The translations under genes and the position numbers were made by a program. Of a DNA stretch of 64,000 bases, positions 56,893 to 64,000 are shown piece after piece (the stretch's first letter is position 1; every line of letters begins with the position of its first letter). The stretch comes from Eledone cirrhosa (lineage: Eukaryota): the NCBI GenBank assembly GCA_964016885.1, contig OZ024742.1, forward strand, positions 284,890,001 to 284,954,000, written 5' to 3'. The notes under the pieces were generated by a model. That model was not told where the DNA came from, ran no database searches, and saw nothing but the letters and a program-made list of their open reading frames with translations.

Positions 56893-57582
56893 TTCCTTTG
56901 TCAGTGTTGAACAAACGAGCAACGGTGGTTGCTAGACACTACGGCTTAATACGGGATGTTTGTTTACAAACACACCGAGCATTATAATAAATGTTCGGTG
57001 AATCCATACGTGCATATATATATGTCTGCATGTATGTATATATATATATACATACTACTGTACGTCGGTATGCATATATGTATGTACGTGTACATACTTA
57101 TATTTAAGTAACAGCCGTACTAAGAGTGGGAAATGAAATATCGTTTCATTTTTTCCGTTTAAAACAAAAATAATTTCGCCTATTCATTTCTCTCTCTATC
57201 GCGCTCTCTCTCCCCCTCTCTCTCTCTCTCTAGCTCTCTCTTTTTCTCTCTACCTGGCAATGGAGACAAACTCTTCCATATGCTACTTGAAATAACAAGA
57301 TTATGCTTTATACTGATTAAGTACAAAAAAATAAAGAAACAAACTGTTTATACATACAGATGAAAAAAGAATATGAAATACTAATTAAATTTAAACTTAA
57401 ATGGTTAAACATAATGTTTTGGGTGAACTAAAAAAATTGAATAGAATTTTTTTTACTTCTTCAATTACTTCTCTCTTTTTCATGGAAACGTAAATAAAAC
57501 CATGACACACACATACGCCAACACATACATATACACTCATTCACCTATATATATATATATATAAAGAAAAACGATGAAGTTT

Positions 57583-58898
57583 CGTTTACATGTAGTTTGT
57601 TTTTTTAATTGAGTTTCGACTTGTTACGTGCGTTTCGCAGAGGATTGACTCCAGGTCACACATAGAAATTATGGAGCCGACTCCATTAACGATCTGCTCT
57701 TCAGACTGGCAATTCAACAAAAAATATAGTGTTTGTAGTGATTTGTGAAATGATGGATATATATATATATATATAAACATCGGCCCTATTTTTTTTTTCG
57801 TGGGCGTGTGTAAGTGTTTGAGTGCATATGCAGGGCTACTCGTGTGCGTGTATATATATATATTTTTTTTCACGTACGCATGTGTGTGTGTGTGTTTATT
57901 CATATGTATCTGTGTGTGTGCCTTTGTTTTTAATTGTGGTGTTTATATATGTGTGCGCGTGGTATTGGTATGGGTGTTTGGTATGGGCGTTGTGAGCTGG
58001 ACACTCATAGCGTTGTTTTTGTCAGGTAGTGGAAACAATAGCCGCTCAACGGGGGGGGGGGGTAAGTAATGTCCAGTATTTGTGTCATGCTACGATGACT
58101 TCTTCTAGAGTCAAAACATCTGTAAACAAACTACAGTAGCCGCAACCTCCACGCCACGTTGGATGAATGAATTTGTCCTTACTGATAATAATGATAATAA
58201 TTCCTTTATTGTCCATAAAGGTTTACGCAAAGGAAAACATTAAGGACGGTAGAGTACAGTACAAAATGGGTTTTGTATGTATAAAAAGAAACACAATAAC
58301 AATAACAAAAGATGTAACAAAAAAAAATAGAAACAAAAACAAATTACCCAATAGTGGGGAAAACACAAAGGGTTACTAGTGAAGAAATCCCACAAAAAGT
58401 CATGGTCACCCTGACTTCTAGGGCAAGTGCCCTCTGCTAGTCGTTCTCCTTCAATACTACAGGCACACGCTCAGGGCAGGCCCATTCACATAGGCTATTC
58501 TTGCCTCTCTCTCCCACCTTTAAACAATCTTGCTGGAAAGCAGCATTTCCCTCTCCACCCTGATTATTCTTCTCTGGTGAAACTTGAAAAAGTTAATAAG
58601 AGAGTCGCTGAAGAGGAAAGTGCCCGTCTTTAACCCTTTCAGACGCTCCCACCATACGACCTCTTTCACCATGGCCACCAGGTAGATAAAATGCCTGTCC
58701 TTCCTGGTTAAAGGAGGGCGGCGGGACAATCTTCATGATGGACTCAGCTGATAGCCGGATCCGTCCTACACGCGACAGCAGATGTTCGACATAAACCCAC
58801 AAGTCAGCGATACTCGGACACTGGACGTGCAATCCTCTGCGAAACGCACGTAACAAGTCGATACTCAATACAAAATTTAAAAAAACTACATGTAAACG
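57583..58898. repeat. Inverted repeat pair of about 65 bp (57583-57647 and 58830-58898)
   Basis: TCGACTTGTTACGTGCGTTTCGCAGAGGATTG is the exact reverse complement of CAATCCTCTGCGAAACGCACGTAACAAGTCGA; CGTTTACATGTAG pairs with CTACATGTAAACG. Confidence 0.85.
58185..58829 (-). mobile_element. 3' fragment of a Tx1/L1-type LINE
   Basis: Frameshifted ORF2 C-terminus (QCPSIADLWVYVEHLL... and AMVKEVVWWERLKG), T-rich 3' UTR, AATAAA and an (ATT/ATC)n tail on the minus strand. Confidence 0.6.
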
Positions 58899-59040
58899 CA
58901 TTTCCATGGCTGTAAAGTTTATCTCGAACTGGCAACACTCCCCAGTAGCACTGCTAGAGCAGGGGTTTCTGGAAGTTACCCATTGGCCATTGATCAAAAG
59001 TCCTCCGGAAGATAATAGCTATAATAGCTAGTTGGCTTTC

Positions 59041-59079
<39 letters not shown>

Positions 59080-59324
59080 TTGTAACCGCAGTATAGTAGA
59101 TAACAATCGAATTGTTTGAGGCAGTCCCAAAGCACTCAATAGTGTGATGGTGTGAAAAGTTAATACATTTTCATCCAGAGTAAACATAAAAAGTTAATAA
59201 AGTGACACCAAGAATAAAGCGATCAAAAGTATCTGGCCATAGTTAATACCACAACATCGATTAATACAAACGGGTCGAATATGCATGTGTGAACGTAGCA
59301 TGGAAGAATTATTAAAATATTTAA

Positions 59325-59392
59325 GAAGTTCGCTTCCAGTTCCAGAGTCCTGGGTTCGATCCCACTGCATGACATCTTAGGTGAGTGTCATT
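59325..59392 (+). mobile_element. SINE head fragment (tRNA-derived)
   Basis: B-box GGTTCGATCCC followed by ACTGCATGACATCTTAGGTGAGTGTC. Confidence 0.55.
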
Positions 59393-59439
59393 TAGTGAGA
59401 AAAGAGGCGCGAACCAGGTTATTTTTCTGTTTCTATTTC

Positions 59440-60095
59440 TATTTCTGAGTGACGGTCTACTAGGCATGTAGTTGATCTGATCCCTGAATCCACTATTTCG
59501 GAGGGGGGGGGGGGGGCTTGTAGTACGTGCTGCCTTCTCAAATGTTTTTCTACTTGATGATAAGTTCGAAATTCTACGGCTAATGTTAGGTACCAGATGT
59601 TTAAAAACCGTCAGTGGGTAATATGATCCGTTGTTGATATATTTTGACCTCTCATTCGGTTTATGATAGGGTTTATGTGTGCCTGTTGATCGGTCCAGGT
59701 TGACGTCAAGAAAGTCTGCGCGAGTGAAGTTCGTTGTCTACTGTAACCCTAAGTCCTAGGGGGCTAAAGGTGTCTATCAAATCCTTACGGATCCTCCCTA
59801 GAGTGTGTCAGCTGCAATGACGGAGCAAAGAAAGGCCGTCGTTGCGGTATAAACCGAAGGTATGGTCGGGTAATTTAAGCGTATGGAGTATGTATAATCC
59901 AACGAGATTACATATATCCGCTCAGTCGTATGATCCCATCGATACGTCGAATGAATCTTCTGGGTCGGGCTTTTTTACCCAAGCGGTGCCGTTGTTGAAT
60001 AGAAGTGTTCTTCGTGTGTGGTAAATCAGATCAAGCTCTTGGTCACGGATAAACCCGAAGGTACGAGTAAAATCTAAGGCCTTGTTTAGTAACGG
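59440..60095 (-). pseudogene. Penelope-like element reverse transcriptase fragment
   Basis: AWVKK...FDVSMGSYD*ADICNLVGLYIL, GLYRNDGL (YRDD motif mutated), FLDVNLD...HKPYHKPN...RRISNLSS, matching Penelope-like RT core and thumb motifs. Contains stops. Confidence 0.75.
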
Positions 60096-60224
60096 TATGT
60101 ATGTATGTGTGTATGTGTGTGTGTGTGTGTGCCAGAGTGTATGTTTTGTAAAGTATCGGAATTCAGAATTCAATACAAAAAAAAACCCGTCTCTCTACCC
60201 ACTTCATCTACAACCACGCCACTT

Positions 60225-60436
60225 ATGCGTTCCAACAACCACCATCACTACCACCAACCATTACCAACACCACCAATGCCAACTACCACCACAATAAAAA
60301 ATATCAACACTACCACCTACCACCAACACCACTATAACAACCATTACACCAACCACCACCACTACAACGAACACAACAACCCACCAGCACAAGCACAAGC
60401 ACCACCATCAGCACCCCCATCACCAACACTACCCTG
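60225..60436. repeat. CAC/CAA-rich low-complexity tract
   Basis: Degenerate triplet repeat. Confidence 0.85.
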
Positions 60437-60697
60437 ATCTGTCACCAGAGCGGTTTTGAACAAACCAGATAAATATAGGTAAGTTAAAAGACACAAAAAA
60501 AAATCCAAAAGGCTTGATTTCAGCGTTGTCAAACACAGGTGTTGAAATGGAATATCTTACGGGACTCCTGCATTCTTCTAGAAAAGACTTCTGATTCATC
60601 GTTAGTTTGTTTTATTTACTTTCTTTACTTCATATTTTTTCTTTTCTTTTCTACTCTTTTGTTCTAATTCTCCCTTCCCCTCTCTCTCTATATATAT

Positions 60698-61375
60698 GCT
60701 GATTGCTACTTCTTGTCAGAAGAGTGCCATACCTTCATTGAACATCGCACGAACATGTGCACGCAGGTGACTTTTCAGACCCACTTTTTTTCACAGATGT
60801 GACACTTGAACCGTCTGTCTCCTGGCAAAACCGGCTGGGGTGTGACTTCATGTATTTTACCATGTCTGGCCGGTCCACCCACTGACTTGCAAATTAAGCT
60901 ACACTCACTGCAAATGTCCCGTGGCGTGTGTGGCGGTAGAACCATTTCACAGTTGGCTCGATTACCCCCGGCTCGTGTGATTTCAGATGGTTAACAAAAC
61001 CAGCTCTTGTTAGAAGAAATCGGCCACATACATTGCACTTCAATTCCTGCTGGATTTTTGCAGGCACTGCACTTCCCGCTTACGAAGTGAATGCTTCAAA
61101 ACAGCAAGCTCCACTCGCTTTTTCTCAAAGAAATCATTTCTATATTTTATGATCTTTTTCCATGATGTATGGCCTTCAGTCAGTCTTGCCCAATTCTCCA
61201 TATCAATCTTCAGAACTTTAAGATTGTTCCTCTAGTCAGCTCCCCATAAAATAACTGTTTAGGCGACCTTCCATCTTCCATCCTGACCACATGGCCAGCC
61301 CAACGCATCTGGTTCATAATAATCCTCCCCTCAATACTGGTGCTACCCGCTTTCTCAAGTACCGCAGCATCAGGT
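60698..61375 (-). mobile_element. Old 3' fragment of an RTE LINE
   Basis: QMRWAGHVVRMEDGRSPKQLFYGEL followed by frameshifted C2H2 remnants (CNVCGRF...HLKSH, CSECSLICKSVGGPARHGKIH, CHIC) and a 3' stem-loop TTCT-GACA-AGAA. Confidence 0.75.
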
Positions 61376-61609
61376 GTGTAAGTGCACCACTTGATGTTCA
61401 GGGTACGTCATATACAATACAAATGAAATCTTTCCAACTGCCGGATATGTGTAGGAGGAGTGTATGTGGTCGGAGTGGTGTTGGTGGTGGTCTAACTGGA
61501 TGCAGGTGTATGCGTGTATGACTAAACCATATTTGTGTATATGCAGGTTGTGTGCATGGAAAGCTATATCTTGTGCATGGTGAGCAGCCAAGTGGTGAAA
61601 CAATAGCTG

Positions 61610-62455
61610 ATGCTAAGGCTATAAATATTTAGGTATCATGGAGTTGGAATATATCATGGACAAGAAAATGGAAACCATAAATAGATTAACATGTAAAATA
61701 CTGATAAGAACGTAAATGCCTTGCGATTGTGCATGCCAAGAAAAATGGATGGAAAAAGGGTTGTTGAAATTCAGGAATGTGTGGCAGGTGAATGAAGTTG
61801 AGGGAAAAGTTTTCTTCAGTAAATCGCAAATGAGGCCGGACTATCAAATGAGTTTATTGGGAGCAAAAGTGATTACAAGAAGAGATTCAATAAAGCAGAA
61901 GCAGAAAACAGGGCAGCAATGTTAGTTTGAAACACAAAGTAGGTTGAGACAAGCAAATAATGGGATTGGCTAACTAGGGGAGATTTGAAGTAGAAAATAG
62001 GTTTGCCCAAGACCAGGCGCTGAACTCAGTATAGCATAACATTTACAATCAGGTAGAGTCAGAGAAGTGTCGGGTGTGTTGGGAAGGAGTTAAAATTGTC
62101 AGTCACATTGTGAATACCTGCTCAATGCTCATGAACAAGGATTACAAAAGGCGTCACAACGAAATGAACATACCAAAATCCTGAGGGACATCATGGTTCA
62201 AACAAATAGAGCTAATCAACACACAAAACCTGAAATCATGGTGGTGGATAAGAATGAGAAGTGTTGAATAATTGATGTCGCAGTACCAGGGGATCATTTT
62301 CTCAGAGAGAAAGAAAACCAAAAAATTGTTAACTTCTCTAAGTTGAGAGTCGAACAATCACTAAAAACTTAGAGTGTTATTTGAAGGAAATTGATATTTC
62401 ATCAAATATAACTACTCGTCAAAAATCTGCTTTGTTAGGAACAGCGAATATTCAG
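61610..62455 (+). mobile_element. Heavily degraded R4-clade fragment
   Basis: Scattered motifs GYKYLGIME, GDLK, AQDQAL, KCRVC, KPEIMVVDK, IIDVAVPG, ALLGTA, in the same order as in the 44722 ORF. Confidence 0.7.
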
Positions 62456-62746
62456 CATGTGAAACCCCACATAAAGTGCCGGTTACTTTGTATCGCCATG
62501 GGCAGTGAAAATGCCCTCTCCTGTATTAGAAAAGCCTAGTAAGAGTAGGCCTTTTCAGCCTCATCATGCTCTCACCACCATTAGTGAAATACTCTAAAAT
62601 GCAGTACCTCCCTCTCCACCGTCACTTTAATTTTCATGTGGTACTTGAAGTAAATGAAGGCTTCGCTGAAAAGGCAAGTTCCTGTTCTCAAACCTTCCAT
62701 AGCCAGTATACAGAGAAAAACATACTGCCCTTCCCCTTTATATATA

Positions 62747-62790
<44 letters not shown>

Positions 62791-63541
62791 TTGGCAGAAA
62801 TTCGTAGATCAAAAGGTCGCAGAAATTCGTAGATGAAATGCTCAATCTGTTCGAAGAGAGCTTACTTAGTGTAAACAAAGTTTCATACACTTAACATGTA
62901 TGTGCTACCAATGGTTTCGGGGTCCAGTTCTGGCCAACACTGTGTAATACAGGAGGCGCTTTTAAACTGGCCTTCTTTCAGGCACATGGACGAAAACACG
63001 GAAAAGGGAAGTTGATGTCTTTAGGCCAAATCTCATTTCCAATAGTAAAGAGTGATATTCGATGTAAGGGAGGTAATTCGGAGGGAAAAGTGTATAGGAA
63101 TTTATCAAATTTTCGTAAATAAAGGGAGCTAACTCTTCATATTCCAGGCAGAAAAACGAATGTAAAATGGATATATATATGTGTATGGGTGCCCTGAGTT
63201 TAATGGGGGTGGGGGACCCAATAAGTAAGGTACTCAATACTGTAAAGATAGTGTAAACATTATTTAATGTAGAAATAACTTCTAAAGGACTAGATCATTC
63301 AAAAGAAATCATCAGGAAAGCTTTCCTGGTGATTTATTTTGAATGAAACAGTTTTAGTCCTGTAGAACCTATTTCTATATTAAACATTATATATATATAA
63401 TGGCTTACAACAAACGACATTGGTCCGAGAATGAAATCGACCTCCTTATAAATGCATGGTTTTGACTGTCCCAAACTGAAAAATATAGACGCTTTATGTC
63501 TGACTGATATTGCCGAAAAACACAGCCCAAATATTTAATTA

Positions 63542-64000
63542 TTGGTGAGATACTGCAGAAACAATACTGATATGGTTGATCTGAGCTCTATCATTGATAT
63601 TAATCCTCAACATGCTATATCGGACATAACGTTTGACGCCCCTGATGTCTTAGCGGTAATAAACGAAATTAAACACAACTCAGCAGTAGGCCCCGATAGG
63701 TCCCCTGTTAGTGTCCTGAAAGTGTGGCGACACCAACTTGCCACTCCTCTAACTAATCTGTGGAGGAATTCACTGGACCCCGGCTATATACCTGAAAACT
63801 TTCTGTCCCAGTTTTCAAAAAGGGAAACAAGTCCCGTGCATAAATTACCGTCATTTCTCACTCACCTCTCATATCATTAAGGTATTTGAGAGAGTGGTGA
63901 GATCACGAATAACTCACTTTCTTGAAAGCAACAATCTGCTGGACCCCAACCAACACGGGTTCCGTAATGGAAGCGACTGCCTAATGCAGCTCCTGCATCA
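63542..64000 (+). pseudogene. CR1/L2/Jockey-group LINE RT N-terminal fragment running off the window
   Basis: SAVGPD, LATPLTNLWRNSL..GYIP, then frameshifted FKKG, NYR, SLTSHIIKVFERVVR...NQHGFR. Confidence 0.75.

Larger units (their letters stand above)
52235..57172. mobile_element. Retrozyme-like array: 422-bp unit, about 8.5 copies (52242-55818) plus about 3.2 inverted copies (55825-57161), flanked by 12-bp TSD AAAACAAAAATA
   Basis: Unit starts at 52242+422k. Copies differ by only about ten scattered substitutions in total. Orientation flips near 55820. AAAACAAAAATA at 52235-52246 and 57161-57172. Hammerhead motif in every complete unit. Confidence 0.9.

Noticed and set aside
52242-57161. 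CRISPR array, U1 snRNA cluster or spliced-leader RNA cluster
   Set aside because: There are no variable spacers. Similarity to U1 stops after ATACTTACCT, and no U-rich Sm site follows the donor-like site. The hammerhead reading explains the unit better.

Overview
Animal genomic DNA with no recognisable host gene. The SINE type and the (CATA)n/(TA)n/(GT)n load suggest a cephalopod such as Octopus (inference). Bases 1-35.0 kb are one giant 24-bp minisatellite (ACCACCACCATTACTACAAACACC) with higher-order duplications; the huge ORFs in the track come from it. 35.2-36.5 kb holds a hAT MITE with a nested SINE and a mariner remnant. 37.5-50.2 kb is a nest of non-LTR retrotransposons joined through microsatellite tails: an intact R4/Dong element in (TAA)n, a disabled RTE LINE with three C-terminal C2H2 fingers, RTE-derived non-autonomous elements, and truncated R4-like copies bordered by (CATA)n. 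The most notable feature is 52235-57172: about 11.7 near-identical copies of a highly structured 422-bp unit, each complete copy carrying a type I hammerhead ribozyme motif (11 in total). The copies form two divergent arms and the whole block is flanked by a 12-bp target-site duplication. It looks like a retrozyme-type (candidate circular RNA) array inserted in one twin-primed reverse-transcription event, and it lies near Penelope-like remnants. The rest of the window is decayed Tx1/L1, Penelope, RTE, R4 and CR1-group fragments.
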